DNA from: Octopus bimaculoides
Lineage: Eukaryota
Length of the DNA: 64,000 bases
Assembly: GCF_001194135.2 (NCBI RefSeq)
Contig: NC_068982.1
Location: forward strand, 133,619,883-133,683,882
Direction of reading: 5' to 3'
This document shows positions 37,795 through 51,675 of the stretch, one piece after another (the stretch's first letter is position 1; each line of letters opens with the position of its first letter). Position numbers and translations under genes: made by a program. The notes under the pieces were generated by a model. That model saw nothing but the letters and a program-made list of their open reading frames with translations, searched no databases and was not told where the DNA came from.

Positions 37795-38296
37795 GTATTA
37801 CATGGAAAAATGCGAGCATGAAAAGTAATATTCTTAAGATTATAAACCTGGAAAGTACAGGACAAGTTATTACACCTTTAAAAGTATAGGACAAACTATT
37901 ACTTCAAGTAAAGTAACGAATAAGAAACTTTTTACTTAAAATATTGCAGCAAAGAAGGCCAGTTCTTCTAATTTATCACTCTTTACAGTTCTCATCTTTT
38001 AAATTTATTGTACAAAGCTGTTTGTCTAATTAGTCACTTTTTTCTGTATTTAAGATAGTAAATTAACCAAATTCTACTTAGATAATTATAGTGTTACTTG
38101 TTAACTATAATAAAATGTTTTAATACTCAAATTTTAATTTTAGCTGCAATATTTTAAGTAAAAAGTTTCTTATTCTTTACTTTACTAGAAGTAATAGCTT
38201 GTCCTATACTTTACAGGTGTAATAACTTGTCCTGTACTTTTCCAGGTTTATAATTTTAAGAATGACTTTTCATGCTCGCATTTTTCCATGTAATCC
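37795..38296. mobile_element. MITE-like element with terminal inverted repeats of about 160 bp
   Basis: attacatggaaaaatgcgagcatgaaaagt...aaatattgcagc is mirrored by gctgcaatattt...cttttcatgctcgcatttttccatgtaat. Confidence 0.85.
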
Positions 38297-39229
38297 ATGA
38301 TTTTTTCAGGCATTGCTGTTATAAGATAATTAATAATTTAAGATTTTACCTTATAAAATTCTGAAAGATAATATTTCAATTTTTCCATGTAAGTGATGAT
38401 AATATTTCAATTTTTTTCATGTTTAATTTAAATATATGTTGTGATTGAATTATTTGATATTACCCATCCGCACCAAATTAATAGCAGGGATTTTTACCAT
38501 GTTGTTGATTGCACCATTGCTCACCACAAGTTACAAACAATAAGGCCCCCAAAACCATCAGTTAATAAGCTCAGTTTAAGTAACCTAATTTTGTAATATT
38601 AAGGAGGTCACAAGAATTCATTCAACGAAAAAAGATTTCAAATGATTCAAAGTTGACCTCGGCGAAATTTGAACTGAAAACGTAAAGACAGACGAAATTC
38701 CGCTAAGCATTTCGCCCGGCATGCTAACGTTTCTGCAAGCTTGCCACCTTGGAATGTAAATATTCATTTTAGAAATATATTCCTTATTCTTATTGCTTAA
38801 GCATTATTCCCTTATTTCCTTACTTACTGACATAAAAGTTTGTAATATTTTATTTCATAACTGTTTTTCTACTAATTTTTGTTCAATGCAACTAACAATT
38901 CTGAATTCCTCATGCATTTTTCTATTATTTAAGCCTAAGAAAAGTATACTTTTAATTTAAAACTAAAGGATTTATGTTAATTAAAGANNNNNNNNNNNNN
39001 NNNNNNNNNNNNNNNNNNNNNNNNNNNNNNNNNNNNNNNNNNNNNNNNNNNNNNNNNNNNNNNNNNNNNNNNNNNNNNNNNNNNNNNNNNNNNNNNNNNN
39101 NNNNNNNNNNNNNNNNNNNNNNNNNNNNNNNNNNNNNNNNNNNNNNNNNNNNNNNNNNNNNNNNNNNNNNNNNNNNNNNNNNNNNNNNNNNNNNNNNNNN
39201 NNNNNNNNNNNNNNNNNNNNNNNNNNNNN

Positions 39230-39268
<39 letters not shown>

Positions 39269-40368
39269 TGCTTGTAAATTTACATTAAAGGTCGTTTTTT
39301 TTTTTTTTTACAACCTCTTCTCAATATCTTTTAAGGACTTCAAATTAATATACCATATTTAATAGCACATAAGAGGCACTTTTTTTTCAAAAAGGAAATG
39401 TTAAAAAAAGATCGCCCTGGGTCCTATACGCAAAGTTGTGCCTCCCATAAGCTAATATTACATGGTTTAATGTACTAAAAGCTTTTTTTTTTCTAAATAT
39501 AGGCTGCTGAAATTGGGATGCTTGTAAAGTGTCTGTACTTCTTTTATGACATCAAATACAATATTTTCTTTTTCAATTTATCAATTTATCTCTATAACCT
39601 GTGATTATTTTTCAACAAAGTTTATTTTGTTTATTTTTTTGTGGTATGTGTTAAATTACTTATTCCAACATTCTTGGTGCATATTTTATGACAATATGAT
39701 ACCTTTCTTATTGTAAATCATTTTATAAACCATTTTATCATTCTAATTCTGTAACAGCTAGTTTTCAGCTAGTTACACTGTAATTCATTCTTATTCAAAA
39801 AAAAAAAAACATGATATTATTAATTTCAAAATTGCTACTAAGTTTAACCGACTCTGTGAAGTTGACTGTACACATGAATAATTCATGTCCTTATCATTAC
39901 CAAACGCTCCAGATTTCTATAGTTGTTTTGGGTTTTCCTTTTCGATGCTGTCAGAAAAATGTTGTCTGCAGTTTACATTTTGTGTGACCAACCATAAGAT
40001 TTAATTTTTTTTATTTTATTTATCTCATTTTCTTAGAGGATGGTTCAGTAATGTAGACATGAATTCAGATACCTTAATAAAATGATTAGAGATGAGATGA
40101 ATGAACATATAAGCGTTTTGATTGAGCTATGTGGGTTCAAGGAATGGAGTGAATTTAAATGAGTTGAAAATTCAAGCTAAGAATTCTAAAACATCAAATA
40201 TCATTTACAGAATAGAATGAAACCATTTTGTTGTGAGAGCATGTATAGAAAGAATAAATATTGATTTCTAACTTCAGCAGAAGTTCATGAGGTTATTTTC
40301 TCACCCACTCCCTTACAATATAGTACATTACTGGTACTTAATATAATAGAATTCTGTTATTGACTTAA

Positions 40369-40586
40369 CTCTTTAACATTTAAGCCAGCCATATCCAGCC
40401 CAAATATTCTACTTTTTTTTATATTCAAACTAGTCATATTTGGTCCCTCACACTTACCCTACAATGTCATTCTAAAAACAACAATCAGATCTTAGAAATC
40501 TTGAAGTTTTGAGATAATGTATGATTAATTCAAAACAATAAATAAGTAAGCGTTACATTTGACTGAGTAATCTAAATGTTAAAGGG
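40369..40586. mobile_element. piggyBac-like MITE family E (TTAA TSD)
   Basis: TTAA|ctctttaacatt...aatgttaaaggg|TTAA. A second copy at about 60018-60230 has a degenerate right end. Confidence 0.8.
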
Positions 40587-42829
40587 TTAAATGGGGCTAA
40601 ATTGACCTTTATGTTCCTTTTTGGTTGATAAAATATGTACTATTAAATCTAATATGCTCATCACAGCAAATTTATGACCTTATTATATATCAGTATTGGT
40701 CTTGCTCAGAAATACAACAAAATGTATGAAGTGCATATGAATTAACTCATATACATTTAGTTATTTCAGACTTAATAATCTGGATTGATGACTTAAATTA
40801 CTTATTCTTTATGTATTCATCATCATTTTACATCTGTTTTTATATAAATAAAAGTGGTAGTCGAATATTGCTGTCTCCTGTCCAGTTGAATGTAAATACA
40901 AGACAAATTGGTGAGGGAGAGTAATATATATTAGCTTCTTCAGTACATCCATCCATTCAATATATATTTAAGCCATTTATCATATTTCTGTTGAAATACA
41001 CTGCTTTTATTTCAACATAACACAAAATTTTGATGAATGGTTTTAATTTTAATCACTTTAAAGCAGGAACATTTTATTATAGAACTAGGGGTGGTCTCAA
41101 GCAGTTTGATACAAACAGGATTAATCCAGAATAGGCTCTTGCTCAATATTCACCCATATTTTTCTACTTTTACAACCTTTTTTTTTTCCTCTCCCAACTG
41201 TTGGATATTTCTGTAGTAAAAAACCCCACTAATCTAAGATTCATAGGTGCTATGTTGCCTTATGACATCTTTTGTAATGGTTTTAAAAGTGTATAACACT
41301 AGCAACATTGTTATTTTATTTGTCGGTTGATTTACTCAAGATGTTAACTCGCTTCTAGCCATATACAGACTAAAGCTTTTTGTATCTATATTCAAATCTT
41401 GTAAAGAGCAATAAACTAAGTACTGGTAATACACTGGCATGTAAATTAACTGCTAGTTTCTTCCATTTGTTTCTAAAGAAATGTTTTTGTGTCTAGTCAA
41501 AATAATAATTGAATTTTCATCATGCTGAGGTATTTTAATGTTATCATTTATTTTTAGAAAAAAACAAAACTACTTCAGGTCTAAAATAGGTATATAGCTG
41601 AATAGTTTTATAACAGAACAGAAATAAAATAGAAGTGGGAACTGGTGTTTTCTCCTTTACAACAGAGAGTTCCTTACTTCCTTAAAAATGAATGTTAGCA
41701 AGGTTAGTATGATTTTTGTGATGTTGTGCATTTAAGGATTGGTTAAAGGATGTAGTCTTGTGTGATACTGCTTCAGACTGAAGGAAGACTGTAATTGATA
41801 CTTTAACAATTTATTGCATTATAGTATTAATGCCATTATATACAAGGACATCAAAATAGATGCTATTGGATTTTTCTGACCTTTTCATCTCAGGCCAATA
41901 TTTATGAAATATGCAGAAAATTTTAAGGTTTTGTTGTTTAGACTTTTGTTTATTTGTATGTCGACATAGGTTACTGTTAGCTCATTTCCACTATATCAAG
42001 TTCATGTACTGCTTCTTTTTCCCTACTGACACCATTTAAGTCACATCTCACTTATGATCTTTGTGGGGGGAAAACACGAACATTGTCAACCCATACTTTC
42101 TATTCTAAAAATGTACAAGATTCATACATGTGAGTTCAACTTACTAAATAGCATGGGGACAGGAACAGGTATTACTCTAGTTAACTTGTTTTGATACTCA
42201 GCTAACAAAAAAAAAAAAGAAAAAATTTAGTTTTGCATCTGTAACACAGCGGGTTACATGATAATTTTTATTGAATATGTATTGAATATGGTTCAGTGAT
42301 CAAAACATCACAACCTTATTTTCTGAGTGTAAATATCTTTGTTGCATATCATTTATGAGAAGAGTAATCTCTTAAGGCTTACAATCTGATCTGAGTGAAG
42401 CATTTAACACTGGTTTTTGTTTTCATATTATATGAAATTAAAAACAAAATACTAGTAAACTAGCATTTCTAAATAAATATATCTACATTTTATCACTGTA
42501 AAAATCAATCTCGTTTAATGTATTATACTACAGTTAGCCTGTACTAATGCCCAGATATTGTTTGTTGCAATCAGTCTTCAAATTTAGAGCTGAAATAGCT
42601 TTCTTTGATCTATATTTGGACCAACAGTACAATTTATCTAAAGGACATTGAAGAGATTCCACCATATTAGGTATTGATATATGTATACTTTTGGCAAATA
42701 TAGCTCCTCAGTAGTTGTGAATTTCAACTGAAGAGCTAGATGTTTCCTTTTATGTTTCCTAATTAGAATTTAAAAAAAAAAAATTTTATAAATTGTATTT
42801 AGAAAGTAAGGAGTGGGGGAGGTAGTTGG

Positions 42830-43270
42830 ATCATCAGGGATAGATGCTGAAAATATCAGGCAAAGTAGGTCATGTGCGAGTCATTTGCATAGTTAGTCAG
42901 GTAGTAACATAAAAAGTCATATCCAATGGCTGACATAGCAGTATCTTCTCCATCAACTGGTACAATAATAAAAGAAATACACCAGGGAAAGGAAACTAGA
43001 GGCATCAAATTGATAGACCAGGTTATGAAAGTCAATAAAAATGTTATATTGGGAAGAAAATGAGCCTAGGCTAGAATTGGCTTAATTTTTTGCCATGAAG
43101 AGTTACTACTGATGCTCTCTTTGTAATAAGACAGCTGCAAGAGATGAACAAGCAAGCCACTGCACTTAATATTTGTCAGCTTGGAGAAAGCTTTGATGTG
43201 GTTCCATGTTTTGTAATCTGGTTGTCAGTGATTAACAACTGGTTAACTTGAGAAATCTTTGTCAATCCTG
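42830..43270 (+). mobile_element. Decayed RTE reverse transcriptase fragment
   Basis: Translates to RGIKLIDQVMKV...TTDALFVIRQLQE...LEKA, homologous to the copy at 25660-27330. Confidence 0.75.
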
Positions 43271-46165
43271 TGGATGAGGACCGAATGACTTCACTGTAAA
43301 AAAAGCATGGAAAATTTTAGTTGCTACAATTGGAAGCCATCTAAAATGAGACACAGACTTGAATTACTAAAAGATAACCAAAGCAAGGTCAGGAGAGACT
43401 TAACTGACTATTGTCAGAAATGTGTCAAAAGGAAATTCAAAGACTTTTTTCAGTGATACAGTAATGCTAACAATACAGTAAATATAAGTTTTCACTTAAA
43501 ATATTCATTGTGAATATCTTGCAAATATTCACATGAGACAAACAGATGCAAAAATATTTTTTTCAATAGGAAAGCATTTGTGGTGCTACCATTGTTAAAA
43601 CTTTGTCTGTAAACTGTTATGAAAAATTGGGTTGCCCTATTTATTGCATCTTCAGCAGGCCTCTTTAGGTTGGCCCATCAAATACCTGGATGACATTCAC
43701 CAGTTTATGACAAAGGTGTATAATGCACTTGATTGATTTGGGATCATGCACTGAAGCAGACTTTGGATCATAACACAGTCCACTTAATCATCAGACTCTG
43801 TTGAACCATCCATAGATGACATGTTAAATAATGATGATGTTGAGAACACATTTTTGTTTGATCTTATTGTGTTTATATGTATATTCCTCATTCTTTTACT
43901 GGTTTCAGTCACTAAGCTGTGGTCATGCTGGTACTCTACCATAAAAAGTTGACCACAGTCCATGTTTTACCTACTTCTGTTTTTAAATGGCTATGACCCC
44001 TTTTTTAATGGAAAAAAAAGCCACTAATTGATGTACTAATAAAACACATATGCATACACACAAACGCGCACATTAGTCATTAGTCAACTTGAGGCCATCG
44101 TAAAAGACGCTCAAGTTACTGAGCACCCACATCAAACACCAGAACCAAGTGGTTGCAAGGCAAACTTCATCACATAACTATGACTGTGTGTATGCATGTA
44201 CATACTCAATTAAAAATAATACATTGGTGGGTATGTATGGCATGCAAACAACACTGAAAACAAGGTAGGGAGGGAGATGTATATATAAACATACATGTGT
44301 ATCCTGTATTTTTTAAATTTATAGTATATCCTTTTAAAGCAACTATTGAAGAGTTTTACATATTTATATCCCAGGAAAAAGTTAGTGGTAATAGGAGCTG
44401 ACATTTTGAATTAAATATCTAATGGTGTTGTCTTTCAGTTGCTTGTAGTAATAACATCTCCTCTTGAGAATATACAAAGTTAATAAATGTATGTTACATC
44501 TATGTATATTATATATATATCTATATAATATATAGTTTGTGTTCATAATATGTGTGTAAATATATATATATATAGGTGCAAGTATGGCTGTGTGGTTATA
44601 AAGTTCACTTAGTGACCATATTGTTTCAGATCTCATTGCATGTATCTTGAGCAAGCCACAGGCTGGCCAATGCCCAGGGAGTGAAATTCATAGATGGAGG
44701 CTGTAGACTCCCCCACTCTTTCTATTAACACAGTTTGAATGAAAACCATAGTGTTGTTAACCAGTAAAAAAGAAAATAAAAGTCCAGTCACTCAGCAGCA
44801 TTGCTATGATTATCAAAAGATAATAACCAAGGACAATTACTGAAAATTGTTTGACTGAACTTGGTGGATAAACTGACCATGTGAAAAGCATTTCTTCTCA
44901 AATGATCAGGTTCATCTTGATAACATCAATTGTTGGAAGCCCTGATGGTGTCAGGGATTGAATGAGTGACCATATAAGTTTTGCTTGCCCTTACTTTAAT
45001 GAAAACAAAGATCTTAATTTTAATATTACTTGTAATGCATGTTGAAATTAGCATTTTACTGCATGATGTTACTTTTGGTACAATAGTTGGTCAGTGTTGG
45101 CATCCTCTACTTGTGTGTATGTGTATATTGTGTGATTGACCAGACTATCACATGTTATGCATTGCTGGTTGTATTGTGCTTTGCATCATTTTAGCTTGTG
45201 AATGATACCACCCTGCTGGTTAGGTGAGCCAACCAACATTCCCTCTGATTGGAAGACTAGTCTGTGCAGGGTTACCTTTTCACAATTGAGTAGAATGTAA
45301 TGACTGGAAGGCTCTCCTGATAGAGTCAAAGTAGCTGTGATGGGCAATTTAAACCTGGCAGAAACCATCCTTTTTCCAGGTCTGAACACAGCCTATTTCT
45401 TCCAGAGAGAAAGAGAAAAATTGACTCCCCCAGTACTGAACTGAACTTGTACTATAATTATCACTCACCCTGTCTCATAAGAATGGAAGGCAGAGTTGAA
45501 CTGGGCTGGATTTGAACTCGAAGTGCAGAAAGATTGAATGAATACAGCAAAGCATTCTTTACAACATTTTGTACATATGTATGTGTGTGTGTGTGTGTGT
45601 GTATATGCATATATTTATACAGATACATGTGCATGTAATAAATAGGTATATTATAGATATTGATATACTGTGTGATGTTGTGTCTGACATGTATTGTTGA
45701 CTGAATGGTTGAATAAAATTCCGAGTGTATTTCCTAATGTCTATCAGAGTAGTTCACTGCTTGATGATAGTAGTCGAACTAATAGATAACAAAGCAGTCA
45801 GTAGTGATCAGTGATCAATAATAAGCTGAGGCAGCAACTTATTTTTACTTGGCTAATCTGCTTGCTCTTCTTACCTTCTGTTTTCACATCTATTTTGTCG
45901 CTACTATTCATCCACCCCTTTCTAACACCTCACTTTATTGGTTATTAATTAAAAAAAAAAAAATTAAACAGGGAAGAAAAAAGTCATGCTTTTTTGCCAA
46001 CACCTAATCATTGCATTTCCTCAACATTGATTTTTCTGTTTTAAAAAATATACTGATGTGTTTTTCTAATTATTTCGAATTAGTATTATTGCGAAAAATA
46101 AATAAGAATTAAAGCAATTCTTGCTATTTCGTATAGTCTTTATTTTTACTTTTTAGTTTTATTTC

Positions 46166-46202
<37 letters not shown>

Positions 46203-47574
46203 NNNNNNNNNNNNNNNNNNNNNNNNNNNNNNNNNNNNNNNNNNNNNNNNNNNNNNNNNNNNNNNNNNNNNNNNNNNNNNNNNNNNNNNNNNNNNNNNNN
46301 NNNNNNNNNNNNNNNNNNNNNNNNNNNNNNNNNNNNNNNNNNNNNNNNNNNNNNNNNNNNNNNNNNNNNNNNNNNNNNNNNNNNNNNNNNNNNNNNNNNN
46401 NNNNNNNNNNNNNNNNNNNNNNNNNNNNNNNNNNNNNAAAAAAAAAAAAACAAGTCTGTGCCTATAACATGTTTGGCTGTTTACTACTACTAAGGTTCAA
46501 CTGAAGCAAGAAAAAATAAATAAAACATTAGTTTGGTTTCAACATGGCTACAAAAGAGCCCTATATATTTTGGTGTATCCCCCCCCCCCCCGTCAGAAGG
46601 TGTAGACTAGTATTTCTACTAAAACAACTACTACTGCAGCCTGGATGGGTATACTACAGTATCTATTTGTTCTGTTTGGCTGGGAATTCCTTAAAGAAAA
46701 TATGTCTGTATGTGCACATTGTGTGTCTCTGCTCACATTGTGTATATGTCTGTGCATGTATTGTACTCGTAAGCATATGTCTGTACATGCATTGTACACA
46801 CTGGTGTATGTTTCTATGTGCACATTTGCGTGTGTGCACATTGAATAAAATTTCAAGGATTTGACTTCCTGTATTTATGTGTTAGTAATAATGCGCTTGA
46901 ATTTCCTTCTCCTCTGCTCTGTTATTCAAAGTCATTGCTATGTGTTGGAGTTTTATCAGAGGTTTTGTAGGCAGTATTAAATACTTCTGTAACTGACATT
47001 CCTCTACATAAATAGGGTGTTAGTTTTATGTCCCAGTTTTCTATTGAAGAGTAGATTTGACCTCTGCATTGCAGCCTATTTGAATAGCTTCTTGGTTATA
47101 TAATAATGCTCTTCCCTACTGACTACTGCAATAAGTTGTCCCCCTCTCTCATATATACATATATGTGTGTGTGTGTCTGTATGGCTTGGTAGACTGGACT
47201 TTTGAGAGTTAAATGTTTTGTCCTGGGACAAAACTTTGCCAATAGCTTGATACAAGCTGTTTATTTTAGCCAGTAAAAGCAAAATGAGGAGGTGTGTTAG
47301 TTTACCATAAGAGGAAATAGTTAATGCTTTAGGTTGAACCTTTCGTTTTCATATGAAAATCTCTTTCTGAAGTATTAGATATTTTTATCTTCAAACTTAA
47401 TGGTTTTTCTTTTTTTTTAAATTGAATTGAATTGATTCTTGTCAATGCAAGCCAGTACTAGTCTTCATACACTCTAAATGTGTGTGTGTGTATGTATGTG
47501 TGCCTTTTAATTTAACATGATAGACAAGCTGCGTGGTTGAAGAGTTTGCTTCCCAACCATATGGTTTCAGGTGA

Positions 47575-47812
47575 TACGTAAAAACACCATTTGAGCATGG
47601 CCGTTGCCAGTACCGCCTGACTGGCCCTCGTGCCAGTGGCACGTAAAAGCACTCACTACACTCTCGGAGTGGTTGGCGTTAGGAACGGCATTCAGTTGTA
47701 GAAACTCTGCCAGATCAGATTGTTGCTTGGTGCAGCCATCTGGCTCACCAGTCCCCAATCAAACCGTCCAACCCATGTCAGCATGGAAAGCGGACGTTAA
47801 ATGATGATGATG
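47575..47812 (+). mobile_element. Family C short retroposon (RTE-type tail), preceded by a truncated family A head at about 47529-47573
   Basis: gtggttggcgttaggaacggcattcagttgtagaaactctgcc...ccaacccatgtcagcatggaaagcggacgttaaatgatgatgatg. Confidence 0.85.
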
Positions 47813-49314
47813 ATATGTATGTATGTATGTGTATGTATATATATATANNNNNNNNNNNNNNNNNNNNNNNNNNNNNNNNNNNNNNNNNNNNNNNNNNNNN
47901 NNNNNNNNNNNNNNNNNNNNNNNNNNNNNNNNNNNNNNNNNNNNNNNNNNNNNNNNNNNNNNNNNNNNNNNNNNNNNNNNNNNNNNNNNNNNNNNNNNNN
48001 NNNNNNNNNNNNNNNNNNNNNNNNNNNNNNNNNNNNNNNNNNNNNNNNNNNNNNNNNNNNNNNNNNNNNNNNNNNNNNNNNNNNNNNNNNNNNNNNNNNN
48101 NNNNNNNNNNNNNNNNNNNNNNNNNNNNNNNNNNNNNNNNNNNNNNNNNNNNNNNNNNNNNNNNNNNNNNNNNNNNNNNNNNNNNNNNNNNNNNNNNNNN
48201 NNNNNNNNNNNNNNNNNNNNNNNNNNNNNNNNNNNNNNNNNNNNNNNNNNNNNNNNNNNNNNNNNNNNNNNNNNNNNNNNNTGGCTCTGAGTACAAATGT
48301 CTTGTTATCATAAGTTCTGAATTAAAATCTTCCACCAAACCTTAGTCACAATTTATGTTCCTAATACTAGCTGAATGATAACTAAGCTATTTTACTAAAT
48401 TCTTTGTTATATTTAAAGTAATTGAAAGAAACACAGAGCATCTCAAAATAAATACAGTAACGAAAGGGTTAAAACATGTCCAGCTAAGGGGTTATATTAC
48501 CTTGCTTGGAAACAGGTGATAGAAAAAGGCATCTGGCCATAGAAAAATCTACCTCAACATCTGACCACCCTAGCAAGTGCGAAGAAGTGCACATGATGAT
48601 GATGATGATGACTTACATTTAACATGTTGACCATTGTGAAATTCTCGATGTTGTAATTCTTCAAGCAATTATATTTCAAAGCAAAAAAGTAAAATTATTT
48701 TATGAATATATACTTATCCAAATAGGAAAAGAAAAAAAAAAAGTGAGTTGGTCACTCTCCATTGCTATTACTCCTTGATTTAGAATTCAGTTGTTAAATT
48801 TATCTGCTGCAAATATATACTTATAACTTTACCTAATGTTAATAGTTCAACTTAGAGAATGTTTGAAAAAGACTGACAGTTGACCTTCTTCATTTAGTCT
48901 TGAAGATATTGGAAGTATTCATTGGACAGTATTTAACTGCAAGACGTAACTAGCATTCTATTTCGAAAGACAATTGCTGACACTAAAATAGTGCTGAAAG
49001 TATTTGGAAGCTTTTCAAAGTGTTCATGTATTAAACTGTAAATCAGTTTAAATCTATTAGGGTTGAGTAGTTTGTGTTTTAGTAAAAGCTGATCAGTAAT
49101 AACTCAATAAATATGTTTATGCATGTCAGTTATAGTTTCTTCTTAAAGCTTTTTATAGTTTACTGGCTCAAACCATTGGCATAGATTTGTTTCCAAGCAA
49201 GATGACTATTTATTTTTAGTGAACTATACTGAGGATATTTATAAAGTATTTTTTTTTTTTTTAGAACAATGCAGTCAGCACTTGTTGAGTATTTGATAAC
49301 AACAATAATAATAA

Positions 49315-49531
49315 TCCTTTCTACAATAGGCACAAGGCCTGAAATTTTGGGGAAAGGGATGAGTTGATTACAATTGACCTGAGTGTTTCGCTGGTACTTA
49401 ATTTATCAACCCCAAAAGGATGAAAGGCAAAGTCGACTTCAGCAGATTCTGAACTCAGAACGTAGCGATGGGCAAAATACCACTAAGCATTTCATCCAGC
49501 ATGCTAATGATTCTGCCAGCTCATTGCCTTA
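49315..49531 (-). mobile_element. SINE family B, full length
   Basis: Matches the family B consensus; flanked by (AAT)n and (AAC)n. Confidence 0.88.
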
Positions 49532-49541
49532 ACAACAACAA

Positions 49542-49742
49542 TCATCATCATCATCATCATCATCATCATTTAACGTCCACTTTCCATGCTAGCATGGGTT
49601 GGACGATTTGACTGAGGACTGGTGAAACCGGATGGCAACACCAGCCTCCAATCTGATTTGGCAGAGTTTCTACAGCTGGATGCCCTTCCTAACGCCAACC
49701 ACTCAGAGAGTGTAGTGGGTGCTTTTACGTGCCCACTACACT
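49542..49742 (-). mobile_element. Family C retroposon with a (CAT)n tail
   Basis: Reverse complement of the 47640-47812 segment. Confidence 0.85.
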
Positions 49743-49749
49743 CTCTAAT

Positions 49750-50105
49750 AATACTAAAAACTGCTAAAAGACAAAATTGCAAGAATGAGGGCAATGAGGA
49801 GTGTAACTGTTATCCCAGTAGTTGTAGAGGCACTCGGAACACTAACAACCTGGTTCAAGAAATATATTGGAGAAATTGGGATTGACTTGAGGGCAGAACA
49901 AACCCCAAAAAACTTCTCTGTTGGAGACAGCTAGGATTTTGAGATTTGTGCTTGGGTGTTGAGTATCTTACACAATGAGTTAACATCCAAGTACTAGAGC
50001 TTACAATTTGTGGTAAGATACCCTGTGAGACCTCTGACAACAGGCTGTTGTCTGCCCCCCACAGATTCAATCAGAGCAAGTAAGATCAAGAGCTGTGAAG
50101 AATAA
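49750..50105 (+). mobile_element. 5'-truncated R4/Dong-like (RLE-endonuclease) LINE 3' end
   Basis: SVTVIPVVVEALGTLTTWFKKYIGEIGIDL, then after a frameshift QKTSLLETARILRFVLGC*. This matches the VIPVVVGALG...LQKTALLGTARILR ending of RLE LINEs; the copy ends in (GAT/AAT)n. Confidence 0.75.
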
Positions 50106-50121
50106 AATGATGATAATAATA

Positions 50122-50343
50122 ATCCTTTCTACTATAGGCACAAGGCCTGAAATGTTTGGTGGGGGAGGGGACTAGTTGATTACATTGACCCCAGTACCTG
50201 ACTGGTATGGTACTTATTTCATTGACTCTGAAAGATTAAAGCAAAGTCAGTCTTGGTGAAATTTAAACTCGGAATGTAGCGACAGACAAAATACCATTAA
50301 ACATTTTGCCCGGCTTGCTAATGATTCTGCCAGCTCGCCACCT

Positions 50344-50345
<2 letters not shown>
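50122..50345 (-). mobile_element. SINE family B, full length, followed by (AAT)n 50346-50396 and another B fragment to about 50540
   Basis: Matches the family B consensus. Confidence 0.85.
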
Positions 50346-50396
<51 letters not shown>

Positions 50397-51460
50397 TTCC
50401 AAATTTTGAGACAATGTCAGCAATTTAAGGGGTAGAGATTTGTCAATTACCTAGTCCCCAGTGCTTGATGGTACTTAATTTTATCAACCCCCAAAAAATG
50501 AGAGGTAAAGTTGACCTTAGCAGTATTTGAGCGCAGAAGTTGCTGAAGTTGTTTGGAAAAGTATACGATTCACAATTAAATGTTCCACTCCCAACATAAA
50601 TAGGAGTCCTGCTTAATAGTAATAAGTTCTCTTCTTACTAGCATCAGCAACCATTGACCTTCGTGCCAAAGTCTAAAGATTCATGATTTTATTTTATTTT
50701 TTTTGTGGCCAAGTGGTGGGGGGCTACAGCAGTGGTTTTCCAATGCCTTCTGTGGTTTGATTACAGTTCACTCTGCTCATCTTTTGCTTTTCTGAACTGA
50801 GCTGTGAGGCACAAGGCTCATTTAACCTTGTAAGCAGAAGGAACTGGCTCATGTGACAACAGAGTATGTTTACACATTGGTGGACCTGTGTGATACGTGT
50901 GCAAGGGCCAGCCCTTGTTTGAGTTTTGTATGTCTTAGCCACAGGACCATCTACTATTTGACCCATAACTAAAGCCCTTGACAGGTGCTGGAATTAATGG
51001 TGGCTAAGGATTAACTCCACATTCCTCAAAATCACCAAACTCCTGACCCAAAGCTTCATCATTGGATGAATGCAGTCTTGCCTAATCATAATTTATTATA
51101 TCAGCACATAGCCACAATGGGGTGTGGTGGAAGTTTATTTTTCATTGGATTAGCCAGTTGCACTATCTGCTGTGTACTTTTAATCAACTCTGAAAAAAAT
51201 GGAAGACAAAATTTGAAAGATGGAAATTGTGTGTAAGCCTGTCCTATATGTTTGTGTGTTTCTCCCATTGCTTAACAACTGGTGTTGGTTTGTTTATGTT
51301 CCTATTTCTTTACAGTTTGGCAAAAAAGACTGATAGAATAAGTACTAGATTCAATAAGTACTGTGGTCAACTGAACCCTTCAAGGTGATGTCTCCCGCAT
51401 GGCCAAAGTCCAGTAGCTGAAACAAATAAAAGAGTAAGATATCTTTTAATGACCTACCAC

Positions 51461-51675
51461 ACGTGGCTTAGTGGTTAGGGTGTCATACTCATGACAGTAA
51501 GACTGTGGTTTTGATTTCTGGACTGGCCGATGCATTGTGTTCTTGAGCAAAACACTTCATTTCACGTTGCTTCAGTCCACTCAGCTGGCAAACATGAGTA
51601 ATCCTGTGAAGGACTGGTGTTCCATCTAGGGGAATATATACGCTACAGAAACCAGGAAGCTGGCCCTCTGAGTAT
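51461..51675 (+). mobile_element. tRNA-derived SINE family G
   Basis: gtggcttagtggttagggtgtcatactcatga...ggttttgatttc head, plus a body shared with 6147-6320. Confidence 0.75.

Noticed and set aside
51461-51540. Possible tRNA gene
   Set aside because: The B box is degenerate, there is no clean acceptor stem, and the sequence continues into a body shared with 6147-6320, so it is a SINE head.
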